64,000 bases of DNA from positions 3,233,819 to 3,297,818 of the forward strand of contig MU058844.1 in assembly GCA_013265495.1 (NCBI GenBank). The letters are read 5' to 3'. Position 1 is the stretch's first letter; each line of letters starts with the position of its first letter. Positions 24,610 to 38,050 of this stretch are shown in pieces. Position numbers and translations under genes: made by a program. Below the pieces are notes generated by a model. That model was not told the origin of the DNA. It was given only the letters and a program-made list of their open reading frames with translations, and made no database searches. The stretch is from Vicugna vicugna (lineage: Eukaryota).

Positions 24610-24864
24610 TTTGTGGACAGGCTTCTGCTGGAGAGGAAGAAGGTGAAGGTGAAACTGGTTGGATTGAAGGAGCTGCAATCCTCTTGTCAGTAGTGTGTGT
24701 GGTCTTAGTAACAGCTTTCAATGACTGGAGTAAAGAAAAGCAATTCAGAGGTTTGCAGAGTCGAATTGAACAAGAACAGAAGTTCACAGTCATCAGGGGT
24801 GGTCAGGTCATTCAGATACCTGTAGCTGACATTACTGTTGGAGATATTGCTCAGGTGAAATATG
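24610..24864 (+). CDS. ATP2B1: Exon 4 (255 nt), TM2 and start of the actuator domain
   Basis: aaatag|TTTGT...TATG|gtaagt; encodes [24 protein letters not shown]. Confidence 0.98.
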
Positions 24865-24952
24865 GTAAGTAAAAAATGGCAGTACATCTTACACAGGATG
24901 TAATACTGTTGTAATCTTGTTCACGGTTTAATGCATCATTGTTTTGTTTTAG

Positions 24953-25078
24953 GTGATCTTCTTCCAGCTGATGGCATACTTATTCAAGGAAATGATCTTA
25001 AAATTGATGAAAGCTCATTGACTGGAGAATCTGATCATGTTAAGAAGTCTTTAGATAAGGATCCCTTACTTTTATCAG
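24953..25078 (+). CDS. ATP2B1: Exon 5 (126 nt), actuator TGES motif
   Basis: ttttag|GTGAT...TCAG|gtatga; encodes [12 protein letters not shown]; follows an 88-bp intron. Confidence 0.98.
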
Positions 25079-28000
25079 GTATGAATTTCTTTCATAACTT
25101 TGAACTTCTTCCTCCTCCACAACTTTATACCACTGTCAGCAAACACAGTTTCCCTAAGAGCCAATAATGTGAAGAGGATTGTGTATTTTATGTTAGCCTC
25201 TACCCTTATAATCCTTAGACACTTTTTTTTGTAAGCTAGAGATCTTTAAATCTAGAGTTACAAATGAGGAACCTGAGTCCAGAAAAATGAAGAGATTTGA
25301 AAGTCAGTTTTAATTAATGTTAAGCCTTTTAGTTTTATCATTACACTAATGGTCTTCGTTGAATTGTTCTGTTTTTCCATATCACAATTATTCTTAAGGA
25401 CTACTGAAAGATAAAATTAAAGAATGATTATGTATTTAAAGCAAATTAATGAATTCTCTGTGATGGTCTACAAAGGACAGGGTTTAAAAAAAAACTGATA
25501 GAATCTTTGAAGTTTACCTAATCTCACTTCCTCATTTAACTACTGAGGAATGAGTCTGAGACATTAGCATTTATCTAAGATGATATGACTAATAAACAGG
25601 TCTAGGAGTAGCGCTGCATCTACCAAGCAGAACTGAATTTGCATGTGGTTAAGACACGTTCTGAGAATGGAAGAGGGAAGGATTTGTATAGGGGAGTGTA
25701 CTGTCTGAACAGGGGAGGTGGTTATGTACCTGGGAGGCTCTGATGGTGGTCTGACTGTTGATAGCTAGACCTTAGGCTAACTGGAAATGAAAAGGAAAGG
25801 ATGATGAAGAATAGTATACCCTTTCTTCTAAAATACTGCATGAAAGGAAGCCTGGGTACCACAGCCTGACTCCAGAAGTGTGCCATTTCTTTAACCTTTG
25901 ATTTCCAGTTACCAACTCTTAACTTTCTAGTAGTCTTTATAGAATTTATGAATTGTTTGTAAGACAGTTGTTTTAAATATATTTGTTAGATTGAATTATA
26001 CTAGCGTTTGGAGTAAGCAAACTGTTGCCTTTTTGCCTTTAATTATCATTTTCTGATACTAATAAAATGCCAGTGTTTCCTACACTGTACGGAGATATCT
26101 GCTGATTTAACCGTTTAATAACTTCGCAGCTATACTTTTTCAGTTCTTCTCTGTGAACTTTATATTTTAATTGGTTGAACATAGTTTTACTGAAACCAAA
26201 GTCAAACCTGTGACAAGGGTCAGTTAAGTTAAAATCAAACTTCAGGCACATACCTAAGTTTAACTATTACCTTTTTAAGATTTGTAAATATATGCCAAAA
26301 GGCTGATTGCAAAACATCCCACCCCTAAAAGTCAGAGTGATTTCATATATTATATACATTTATAAACACCATTATAAATAGGGGAAAAGTTTAAGTTGTA
26401 ATATAGACATGTCTCCTGGGAAAAAAACCATGAGATTTATATACCTTGAATATCCTACACTACTAACATTCATACCCTATTTGGGTTTTTGTTTATATTG
26501 GTATGTTTGAAATTCATTCCAAACAGACAGAAATATCTTGGATACAGAATGTATTTAAGTTTAATGTATACTTACTTTAGTTATTCCTTGCCATCCTTCT
26601 AAGAAACTGTGGTTAATGTTAACCAGCTAAAATCTATGGTCTTTCCAAAGGAAAGGAAAGCTAGCCGATCATACCTAAGTGCCATAGACTGAGATCATCT
26701 CCTCTTCCTTTCTGCCACGTACACTTCATGGGCTTTGGTGTACAACTAGCTTATTTACACAGTGCTTACCTCTTCAGGTTGGCATCCCTTAACTGAACCT
26801 TGGTCCTTTTCTGTTTTAGCAGAGATGGGTGGCAAGTTTTTGTAGACTCAGGTTCTTAACACACCAGGTATACCAGGAGGATGCTATAAAATTTTCCATG
26901 TTTAAGAAAAGACTGAAATAACTTTCTGGAGTCCCTTATCACAGTACGGGTGGGAAAGTTTTTCTGCATTTATTTCCCTCTTCCAAAAATGTACTAAAAA
27001 CATGAAATGCATTTATTTTTAAATTTATTCTCATGATGCCATCTCTCACTGCTGTTCTTGGCTTTTTAAATTTAGATGTTTTAAAGCAGTTTTTCAGTTA
27101 GTAGTGAGTATATAACCAGAACAAAAACCATTTACTTTGCCATAGCTTATTAACTGCAATATTTGATTACCTGTGGTAAAGAAGAGCAGGACATTAAAAT
27201 AAGTGAAATTTGCAGAAAACCAGAATTATTTACAGAAACAAAACTGTCTTTTACATATAATCCTTGCTTAGTAAATACCATTTCACTGTTTTTAATTTCA
27301 TTTCTTGTTTCCCTTGCGTTTTTACTGGCTAAGAAACTAATAATTAATGAAATAATTAGAATATAGATTTTTAAAAGCAAGAAAATCAAAGGCCTAAAAA
27401 ATGATATTGGATAAATTAGTAATTAATAGCCAAATAAAAATTCTTAACTACTGGATTAAGTAAAGATGCTTTATGATCTTATTTTGCAGATAACCCTTGA
27501 GCATTGATTTGGTAGAAGGGATGGTAGTAGGTGCTGCAGACCCTGCCCCCCAGATGGTTGTAGACTAGGAGATCAAATAAATTAGGCTTTATTGAGTGTT
27601 TAAAAAAGAGTTAAGTTTTGAAAGCTTCTTAAAATCCACAAAAACATTAGAATAGAGAGGTGAGAGGCCTCTTAATGAGTTAAGGGAAGATACAGAGTTG
27701 TTGATGTACAATTTGGTGAGCTGTAAGCAAACTTACTTGCATTATATTTTAAGAAGAATATGTTCTCTGTCCTCTGACAGAGCTGGGTTGAGTCTGCCTT
27801 GTCACCTACTAGTTGTGTAACTTTGGGCAAGTTTCTAGAAAATAAGAATAATAGTGCCTGCTGCCAACTTGCAAGATTGTTGTGAGGGACAGAATCAGAA
27901 TTCAGTCAGTTCAGTCAGGGTTCCCATCTCTGCTCCCCAGCTTTCTCTCCTGGAATTTTATGTTAGAGAAGTGGATGAAAAAATTGGAGGTTAGTGGGTC

Positions 28001-28498
28001 TCAAAATGAAGACTTTGGACTTTGTCCAGTAGGCAGTGTATAGTCAGGTTTTTGAGCCATGAGAGGCTGATGATAAAAATCACATTTTAGGAAAGTTAAA
28101 ACTGATTTCAGGATGATCTGGAAGGACAGACTAGCTAGGAGGCTGTAGCAGTAGCCTAGACGGGCTGGGGTAAAGCCTGGGTTAGGCAGAGGTTGTGGGA
28201 TTGGGGTGGGAAATCTGGCAGTGGTTGCTGTGGAATCCTTTTGGTTATAAGCACGTTTCTTTATAAGCAATATATTTTCTCAGAGAAATGACTCTAATAA
28301 TAATACAGTTATAATTTAAATATTGAACATTCATTGAACCCCTACAAATTCCAGGCACTGTGCGAAACACTTCACACTTCGGGACGTAATTTGAGTCTCA
28401 TTTTTATAAAGTGTAAGTACTGTTATCCCCATTTACGGATGAGTAATTACAATGTTATAATTTGCCCAATATCACATGATAAATGAGTGGTAGAGTGA

Positions 28499-28747
<249 letters not shown>

Positions 28748-29879
28748 TAAGAATTGGTGTTTAGAAACAGCAGCTAGACTTTAAGAACTGGTACCAAAAA
28801 TAGACTTATTTCATCAGATTTAGATATGATGCGTTCTGCAAAAAGTTAATTACCCAGTATAGTACTTTCAAGTAGTGGAATTGACAGAGGGGCGGGGGTT
28901 TTTTTAGGCATAGTCGTCTGGGCAGGGCCTGTGGTGACCACATCACCATAGCCAGACAGAAGCCCTATCTCCTTGTACGTTTCTGTTGGCTTTACACTGT
29001 TTATTCTCTGGTTTTAGAATCTCCCTGTCATCTGACCAGAAAAGTGAATTAAATTCTCACTTCCTATTTTTTTTTTTCTTCTGATACTTCAGTAGTAACT
29101 TTCTCTGTCAGACATAGCACTTTTTGGCCTCATTGGGCTTTTGTTCAAGTTTTCTGCTTTTCTCATTTCCCAGTATAAATTTATGTAGTTGATTTTTAGC
29201 CATAAAGCCAAGACTTCACTTTGACACCTGTTATATTCAGCCCATCATTCAATACCAAGATTTTACATTTTGATCTTGACCCATTGTGTCTGCTGTTGCT
29301 CCGAGTGATCTGTTGTCAGCAAACTTGATAACTTCAGTTTTTCCTCAGGGATCTTATAAGAAGCTCTGTCATATGTAGGCAAACAGTTCAGAACCACTTG
29401 GTGGCTCCGTCACTCTTTTGTTTAAAACCTTTCCCACTCTGCTTTTAAGTATCTGCTGGACCACCCTTTACTCCTACTGGGGATCACTCTGCTCGAGTTT
29501 TTTTCCCTTTCAGTTGACAGCAGTTTACTGTGGTTTAACCACTTAGATTTATTTAATTTTACTTAAACTAGTGAGCCCATATTTCTCTCCCACACATTGG
29601 TACTTTGAGTTCTAAAATAAACGCCTTGCTAAAATCTGGCTTGCAGTGACCACAGGAGTGTTTTTAATATTTATGTGTTTTATTTCATTCTTTGGGTTTT
29701 GTCTTTAGCTGTGAAATCTTTATTTCAAACAGAAATATGTTTGAAAACCTCTGGCTGCAAGCAAGGGTAGCAAGCCCCAAACTCTAGGTTTTCCCTACCC
29801 CACTCCTCACAGTAGCCCTCCGTGTGTCACCTTAGGTGTCTTAAGGAAGAATGAAAGGCAATTTGAAAACCAGTATTAA

Positions 29880-30070
29880 TGATACCATTTATTGAGTGCT
29901 TTATATATGTTGTAACTGTTTATCTTTTTACTGATGAGTAAACTGAGGCTTATGGAGGTTGTATAACTTGCTCCAGGCCAAAGATCTAGTACAGTGGGTT
30001 TATCTAGTACAAAGATCTAGATAAACCCACTTACCTGGCTCAAGAGTCTGTGGTCTTAACGATACACTGT
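29880..30070 (-). mobile_element. MIR SINE carrying an internal inverted duplication
   Basis: ttttactgatgagtaaactgaggcttatggaggttgtataacttgctcca...agtctgtggtcttaac. Confidence 0.75.
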
Positions 30071-31232
30071 TGCATCCTAACTGATAGGAGACTCAAGTCG
30101 GCAGACCCTGTTAAAAAAAAGAAAGGGATGTTTGCATCATGGCTTTATTCTTACTGACCTCACATTTTCTTTTCCAATAAGCACTCTTTTTTTTCTAAGA
30201 TCTTGTGTACCTATTTTTGTTAGTCAAGTCAAGAGCATTTCCAGGAATTAATATCTGACTACCCACCATTTTTGATTCTTGGGATTGTTTTTAGAATGGG
30301 AGACACCACTTTTCCATCTGTGGACTTCCAGCTCTTTTCCCATTCCCTTGACTATATGAATATTATGTATTAATAGACTATGTTCCAGGGTAATCTGTCT
30401 CAATTCCCTTCATAGTCTGGAATATGACTGTCTGGTCTCTCTCCAAACTTGAGTTCATTCAAAGTAGCTTGATACTCTCATACTGTCTCCTCATCTTATC
30501 TGGAGCATCTCTTCTTCCTTGACCATATTTATTCCACATTCTCCAGCTTGAAGGTAGCTCTCCTTGGTAGAGAAGTTGGAAGAAGAATAGACTGGATGGT
30601 TCTGCTTCCTCTTTGTTATTTTTAATATTACACTGTCTACTCCAAACAGTAGACTCCTTGATTTATTACTTTAGACATCCCTATCTTTCTTTTTTCTCTA
30701 AATCTAAGCTAATTTGGGAATTAACTGGTTGTCTTATTGGCTTCTTTTGTATCTTCGTGTTCTAGTTTTACTTGCTTGCCTCCCCTGTCTTTTTTACACA
30801 TACCGGTTTTATTCTCATTTCCATCAAAGCTCCTCTGTGCACCTGTTGTCTTCCTAAGAAATTCCTCCCTTCCTCTCTACCCCTGCCCCTTTCTACATTC
30901 TGTTACAGATACAGGATTGTGTATCTGTATTTAGTTTTAAAACCTCTTGTACCATATTTGGGTATGTTACAGCATAAAAAAATAGTAAAGTCTTATGGAG
31001 AAATCAAACAAGAATAGATGATCCAAGTTATTTTGGAGTATTCTCCCATGGTTAACATGCAGGGAGTTATTATAGGACAAATACTTTCTAATCTATACAC
31101 ACACACACACCCCCATACACACCACCGATTGTGTAACAGTTCTCTTATAGAAATGTGAGCTACCTTTGCATAATTTAGCATGGCTGTATTCATTTCTTTT
31201 GGAAGGCTTTAATTCCCATTTTGTTCCTACAG

Positions 31233-31271
31233 ATAAGAAACAAGATGGAGCTATTGAGAATCGCAACAAAG
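31233..31271 (+). CDS. ATP2B1: Exon 7 (39 nt), splice site A 'x' exon
   Basis: cctacag|ATAAG...CAAAG|gtaaat; encodes NKKQDGAIENRNK and is frame-preserving. Confidence 0.95.
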
Positions 31272-32035
31272 GTAAATTCAGGAGGATAAAAATATACTTA
31301 GCTTGTTCTCATTACATCCAAAGCTATATCTCCTGTGCACTGTATTCATCCAAAAGTAGGACACATGTGGGTGAGCAACCATGTTACCTGGGTGAATCTC
31401 TTCCATCAGTGCCATGCTCATGCTGCCTTTACAGTGGTAATAAGATTTTAATTATGACTTGTGGTGGTAAGCTTAGAAAAACCCAGATGTAGGCAATTTT
31501 AAACTTAAGCTCGGGTATTTTATCATTGGTTACTATATAATTGCTAGCAAAAATGCATAAGAAACAAATATATATAATGTAAATGTTCCTGCATTTACTT
31601 AAAAATGTAAACATATGTACATTTCTCTATATGTGTGGTCATACATAATGTTCTACAGCATGGTCATAACTTATATAGGAAGCATTTTTGGTGTTTGGAA
31701 TGAGTCTCATTATCCAACACAGCACACAGGAAGAGAAGTGATTTGTTATTTAGCTCTTACTTTCAGGGCCCTGTGTTTCTTCTTATGCTTCATCCCTATT
31801 TCCTAGCACAGCATTTTCAAATCTGCTAAAAAGTTTCAAAACCTAGTATCCTATTACCTTATTTTGTCTGGGTAGACACAGACGCCAACACACAGACATG
31901 CACACACAAAGCTGAATGTTTAAATATTTTCATGTTTCTATGAGAAATTGATTTTTTTTCAAAAATTACTTGAAAATGTTAGGAGATACGTATGCCTTTA
32001 ACATGTGGTGAGGTTATATTTGCTCTTCAATGTAG

Positions 32036-32197
32036 CAAAAGCCCAGGATGGTGCAGCCATGGAAATGCAGCCTTTGAAGAGTGAAGAAGGTGGAGATGGT
32101 GATGAAAAAGACAAAAAGAAAGCGAATTTGCCAAAAAAGGAAAAATCTGTTTTACAAGGGAAACTGACAAAGCTAGCTGTTCAGATTGGCAAAGCAG
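32036..32197 (+). CDS. ATP2B1: Exon 8 (162 nt), acidic-phospholipid-responsive region
   Basis: tgtag|CAAAA...GCAG|gtatga; encodes [18 protein letters not shown]...QIGKA. Confidence 0.98.
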
Positions 32198-33680
32198 GTA
32201 TGATATATATAAGAAACTAACATGTTTTGTTTTACAATATGCTAACTTTCTGCTTAAAAGTCTTTTGGCACACTTAAGGCTGTTTTGTGAGTGGAAGAGG
32301 AGTTAAAAATATTTTTAGTTTTATCTCCTATGTACCAGGCCTTTTGAATTATTGTAGCTCCTCATAATATTTTGCAGCTTGGGAACTATTATCCTCACTT
32401 TACGTAGAGGAAGTGTCTTCTGTGAGCTAGCTGATAAATAAGTGGTCGGGTCAGGGTGAACGCCCAAGCCTTCCCAGTACACAAGCCCGTGAGCTCATCT
32501 CTGAATTTCTGGGAGCAGTAGAGGAAGGGCTGGCAGTAAGGTTACTCCATACAGATTACCCAAGTATATTTTAGTAAAAAGAAATTTCACATACATTTTC
32601 TCATCTTTTTACTGACTATGAAAAAAAAATTAGTCACATGTTTTTCTAAAAGTTATAGTTTACTCACATTGAATGGATTAGTTAAACAGCATCATCCTGG
32701 TGAGGCTGAAGTTATAAAATGCAACCATCACTATAAAACACCTGTTAATAGAATCACTCTTCAGGGAGAAAAAAAAAGCAGAGCTTTGGCTAAAAACAGG
32801 GTATCATTTTTGTGAAAGAACATGCATGGCTGAATAAGCCTATGTTCTTAAAGTCACTTACATTGGATCACTTTATTAGTACTTACTAGGAGTATACTGG
32901 AAAAAGTTCAGTTTTTGCTTCTGTCCTCAAATAGCTTATTGTCTTATAGCAGATACTTGCTTTTTGTAATGTATAGCCAGATAGTAATGCTGACTCATAG
33001 TATTGTGGAAATGGGTGGATTTAAGATGGTGATGGTATTTAGTAGACATCAGATTGGGTAATTAGACCCACCATGTGGACTTGCCTTATTTTGTAGTACT
33101 CATTTATAAGGAGCTAAGTATCCCACAAAACAGGAAGGCAAATAATTTGTAATACAAGATTAACTCTTGTTTCCTAACTTAATAAGCAGTAAGGATCGAT
33201 GGATAAAATTAAGAAATAGTTTCAATTATCTGTTTTTTCATGAAAAACATAGGATTGAATATTTAATTGCAGGTCTCCCCATTGGTCATATTCTTATCAA
33301 TTTCTCTTTCATTATTAGGCAACTTGCCAACATGTAAAGCACCAGCTTATACTAAGGTTTTGGTATTTCATTGTCATTGCCTATTATTTTGTCTTGGCGT
33401 TAGTGAAAGACTGAAGATATAATTGAGTCTAGAAGAGAATCATTAATGCGTTTTTCCCAGTTCTTCTGGGGACAGGGCTATACTTGGAAGCAGAAATTAA
33501 ATCTGACAATGTCAAATGATGAGTTACGGGTATAGAAAAGGAGGTAACAATTTCACAGAGAAATTAAAATAAATATTACCAAAGTAGTTGTAATCCTTCC
33601 AGTGGCTAATAGGTAACTGACAATGAGTGGAGTCTGGACTCTTTAATAATGACATTTTCCTTCTTTCTGTATCCTGAAAG

Positions 33681-33895
33681 GTTTGTTGATGTCTGCCATC
33701 ACAGTTATCATTCTCGTATTATATTTTGTAATTCATACATTCTGGATTCAGAAGAGACCTTGGCTTGCTGAATGCACACCAATTTACATACAATACTTTG
33801 TGAAGTTCTTTATTATTGGAGTCACAGTTTTGGTGGTAGCAGTGCCAGAAGGTCTGCCGCTTGCAGTCACTATCTCACTGGCTTATTCAGTCAAG
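33681..33895 (+). CDS. ATP2B1: Exon 9 (215 nt), TM3-TM4 with PEGL Ca2+-site motif
   Basis: ctgaaag|GTTTG...CAAG|gtaagt; encodes [13 protein letters not shown]. Confidence 0.98.
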
Positions 33896-36341
33896 GTAAG
33901 TGGGAAGCAGTTAAGGAGGTAGCCTGGGAGTAAAGCTTCATCTGGTATAGAAAATGCACCCCTGGTTCTTCTCTTTTGGGTTCTGAAAGTCAGAGATTTC
34001 CATAAATCTACACTGTTTTCTTTAGAGACGCTGTCATTGATTCCCTCCCCGTCCCCGCAGTTTGAAGATGATGCGTTGAGGCCCGTACATTGCTGGGAGG
34101 ACAGCCTTGACACAAAACTGAGCGTAACTGCTGGGGAAAGTTGTAGCTTCATTTTCCTCCTATGATCACTGTGTTGTTACACCCCTTCCTGTTTCCATCT
34201 GTGAAACTGAAATAAGCATGTTTGTCGTTTACCTGTGGGGCATTTGGATCTGAGCATTTAAGGCCTCCTTGTTTCCATGCTTATACTTTCATGACCCCAT
34301 GGTCTAGCCTTGACACAGTAGGTGGACTCATGTTTCTAAAAATATAATTCGGATCATACTGTTTCCTTGTGCCAAACCTCCTGGCTTCTTGTCAGGCTTA
34401 GAGTAAGATCCAAGGCTCTGCCGAGGCTCGCAGGGCGCTGCCCTGTCTGGCCCTTGCTTCCCTCTCAGTGCTCATCTCTCACCTCTCCCTCCCTCCAGTC
34501 CAGCCTCTCCAGCCTCCTGCTAGTTCTCACATAGGCCAGCTGTGTCCTCCCTTGAGGGCCCATGTGTTCTTTCCTTTGGGTCGTCAGCTCTCTAACTTGA
34601 TTCAGGTCTCTTCTAATGTCACCTCCTCTGACCACAGCATCTGCAGTAGCTCAGTCCTTCCTGTTTTCGAAGTAAAACGAACTTCGATGGCTTTGATAAC
34701 TACTGTTTACCTAAAGGAATATTATATTTGAGGATAATTAATTTATTTTTAAACAGTTTTCTATCTTATATGGAAAAGGTGAATTGAATTAAGCAGTTCG
34801 CTTGGACAGTTTTGATCTTTCTTTCAAAATGACTTCAGAAATAGAATTATACCTAGTGGAAGAATGCTGCTCTTGTCAATTTTCTAATGTTAATTAGTAT
34901 TACTCCTTAAGTGGCATTGCTGACAGAGCGATACAGCATAATTGGTCATAGTTTCTGCTCTAGCACTCTTATCTTCAGTGTTGCCAAGAACTTTCAATAA
35001 ACCTGTCTGGATTAGAATATTTTTCCTTTACTGTTTGAGTTTATTTTCTTTTCAGGCATTTCACATCTTTCTGTTTCAAAAATAAAATAGTAAATGTATC
35101 AAGTAATAATGAAGTGTAGTATAATCATCTGTCCCTTTTTGTGATGCTTTAAAATAATTAGAAATAATCGGACTAAACGTTAAGTTTTAGACAGATCAGT
35201 CATTTGACCAATATTGTCATTAATTCACTTTGAATAGTCATTAAGGATGTTAATTTTTCAATTGATCAATAGTATGTAGGCAGGATTGATTTGCATTCTT
35301 TTGATAGACAGTGAGAAGGACCATTTTAACTAGTGTTTTTTAAAGCTTTTACTTAATGTTTATTTAGCCCAAATATTGCCAGTTACTTTTCTTTTCACTG
35401 ATGTGTAGTCCTTAGGGCTCCTGTGTTTTGCAAACTGAACTCATTTTCTTTACTATAGAACTTCTTTCTTTTAGTCTTTAGTGTTAACGCAAGTCACTAT
35501 AATTTTCCTTCTCCATATTTATTTCTTCAAGGAACCAGGGTTTTTTTGGCAGTATCTTGCATCTTAGTAGTCACAGAACATACTTTAAAATATCTCTATG
35601 CAGTTTTTAACCCATTCCACATATGTTTTGAGAATCAGTTATCAAGCATTTTAACTTAAATGCATCTTGGAGCTGCTGTGAGAACTCCTGTTTCTCTAGA
35701 AACTGCCTTTTTTTTTTTTCTTGTAAATAAGAGAAAGGAATGATTATAAGGGTGTACAAACATATGGAAAAGATAAAAAATGCCCCTTTCTGGTTTTGAT
35801 ATGTTATCTCCGTCTATTGGAGTCCAAAAGAAAAAAAAAAAAATCAGGCCACTTCATGCCCACAATCTCTATATTTTAACTGATAAAAGCTACTTTTTCC
35901 TTGGTGATTGATACAAGAATTTTTTTTTCTACTTAATAAAAAGGAGACTTAGTCCTTACATGTAACATACTCTTACATGGCTGTAAGTACCTCTGTACTT
36001 AGAGTACAAATTGTCATTGCCCTCGTAATTTGAGGACACTTTGCAGAAGCTGTTGGAGGCATATTGTTAGCACGATTTACATGTGGATACAGAGTAATTT
36101 ACTAAGTTACGTTATGTAGAAGGAAAGTGATTGAAACCGCAGAAAGCTAGTACTCTCTTTAGCTCATTTGAATAGGTCAAATGTGCTAAAATTCTTCCAG
36201 TATTAAATTGGTGCTTTTGTGCTATGTATCCATGTAAAGTTGGGAGCTTTAGTTCTGATTTTAAAGCCGTTTATAATCATTTTAATGTAAGGTGATTGGT
36301 ATTAGATGTAGCTTAACTGAATTTTTTTTTTGTCACTGTAG

Positions 36342-36584
36342 AAAATGATGAAAGATAATAATTTAGTAAGGCATCTGGATGCTTGTGAAACCATGGGAAA
36401 TGCTACAGCTATTTGTTCAGATAAAACAGGAACATTGACAATGAACAGAATGACAGTTGTTCAAGCTTACATAAATGAAAAACATTATAAAAAAATTCCT
36501 GAACCAGAAGCTATTCCACCGAATATTTTGTCCTATCTTGTAACAGGAATTTCTGTGAATTGTGCTTATACATCAAAAATATTG
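36342..36584 (+). CDS. ATP2B1: Exon 10 (243 nt), phosphorylation motif CSDKTGT (Asp475 codon at 36420-36422)
   Basis: ctgtag|AAAATG...ATTG|gtaaga. Confidence 0.99.
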
Positions 36585-37439
36585 GTAAGATTTCTTTAAT
36601 AATTTATATGTGAAAAAAAATTTTAGTTTGTAATGATTAGACTGTATATAGCACTTTAGACCTATCATTACTATATATAAATTGAAGAATGAAATCCTGT
36701 TAGTTTTTTAAAGGCATATATTCATATACTGTATATGAGTTTCTTCAGATACAATTTATGTTACTAGTAAGATGTGTTGATCAACATATGCATTCTGTTT
36801 ACTTGTATTTTCTTCTCCTGTATTTTTTAATTTCCTGTGTTTGAAAACTGAGGCTTATGACCAAAAGAAGTCTTTAATTTTAAATTCTTACCATGCTCAT
36901 TTTGTGAAAGACCAGTCTGTCTCACTGTTCAAAGTCAACCTTCAATTCTAGAGAAAATTTCAGATTTCAACTTAAAATAATATGTTTTATGTATGCTTGT
37001 ATATATTCTGTTTGGTTTCTCAGTGGATCCTACCTACAAGGTGTTCCTTAAACTTTTGGGGACTAACTCAATGTGTTCTAGTGATTTATGGATGAAGACC
37101 ATAAACAAAATTAATATTGCATGAATTGGATTATTGGACTGGAGAGTTATGGCATCTTGGTTCTAGATCTAGCTTTGCCTTTTACTAGCTGAAAGTCTGA
37201 GCCTTATTTTGTTCAATTATTACGTAGAGATGGTCACATCTGCCGTTAATACCGCTGTGATGAGTACATAAGGATATATTTGTGAAGATACTATGAAGGA
37301 AGTAAATTTTTTTATGTATTAGGCAACAGTGCTTTATTTTAATGCATATACTTTTATTTTAAGCCATAAAAATTGACAAAGTAGATTTAATTTTGAGTTG
37401 TTTAATATAGTCATTCAGTGAAAACAGGAAGTGAAAAGG

Positions 37440-37660
37440 AATTAAAATTTAGTAAGCTCCACTATGTGTCAGGAACCAACTTTAAATTTTATGTGTCCTA
37501 TCTCATTTAATTATTGGATCCTAAGTGCCCCTGTTTTCCAGATGCTGAAGCCAAGGACCACAACAGTTGGGTAACTTGCCAAAAATTCACGTAGCTCGTA
37601 ACTGGCAGGGCTGAGATTGGAATCCATGTCATTGTCACCCCAGAGCACCTTTCTACCGTA
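37440..37660 (-). mobile_element. MIR SINE
   Basis: ctatgtgtcaggaac...ttttccagatgctgaagccaagg...gtaacttgccaaaaattcac...gctgagattggaatcc. Confidence 0.7.
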
Positions 37661-37808
37661 CCTTTTCTATGTCCCTGTTTGAAAATGCTGATTCTGGAAA
37701 TTTCCTTTATTTTTTGTTTTAGTATGTCTCATTCTGTGTTATATTTTAAATTAAACTGTTGTAGAGAAACATGATAATACTGGCTTCTAAACCTCTTTTC
37801 TCTTATAG

Positions 37809-38050
37809 CCACCAGAGAAAGAGGGTGGATTACCTCGTCATGTTGGTAATAAAACTGAATGTGCCTTGTTGGGACTTCTTTTGGATTTAAAACGGGATTA
37901 TCAGGATGTTAGAAATGAAATACCAGAAGAAGCACTGTACAAAGTCTACACCTTCAATTCTGTTAGGAAGTCCATGAGTACTGTCCTGAAAAATTCAGAT
38001 GGAAGTTATCGAATATTCAGCAAGGGTGCATCTGAAATAATTCTGAAAAA
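37809..38050 (+). CDS. ATP2B1: Exon 11 (242 nt), nucleotide-binding domain with KGASE
   Basis: ttatag|CCACCA...AAAA|gtaaga. Confidence 0.98.

Noticed and set aside
24563..24887. Antisense ORFs over exon 4 (similarly 40604-40954 over exon 12)
   Set aside because: Shadow frames of real coding exons, with no independent evidence.
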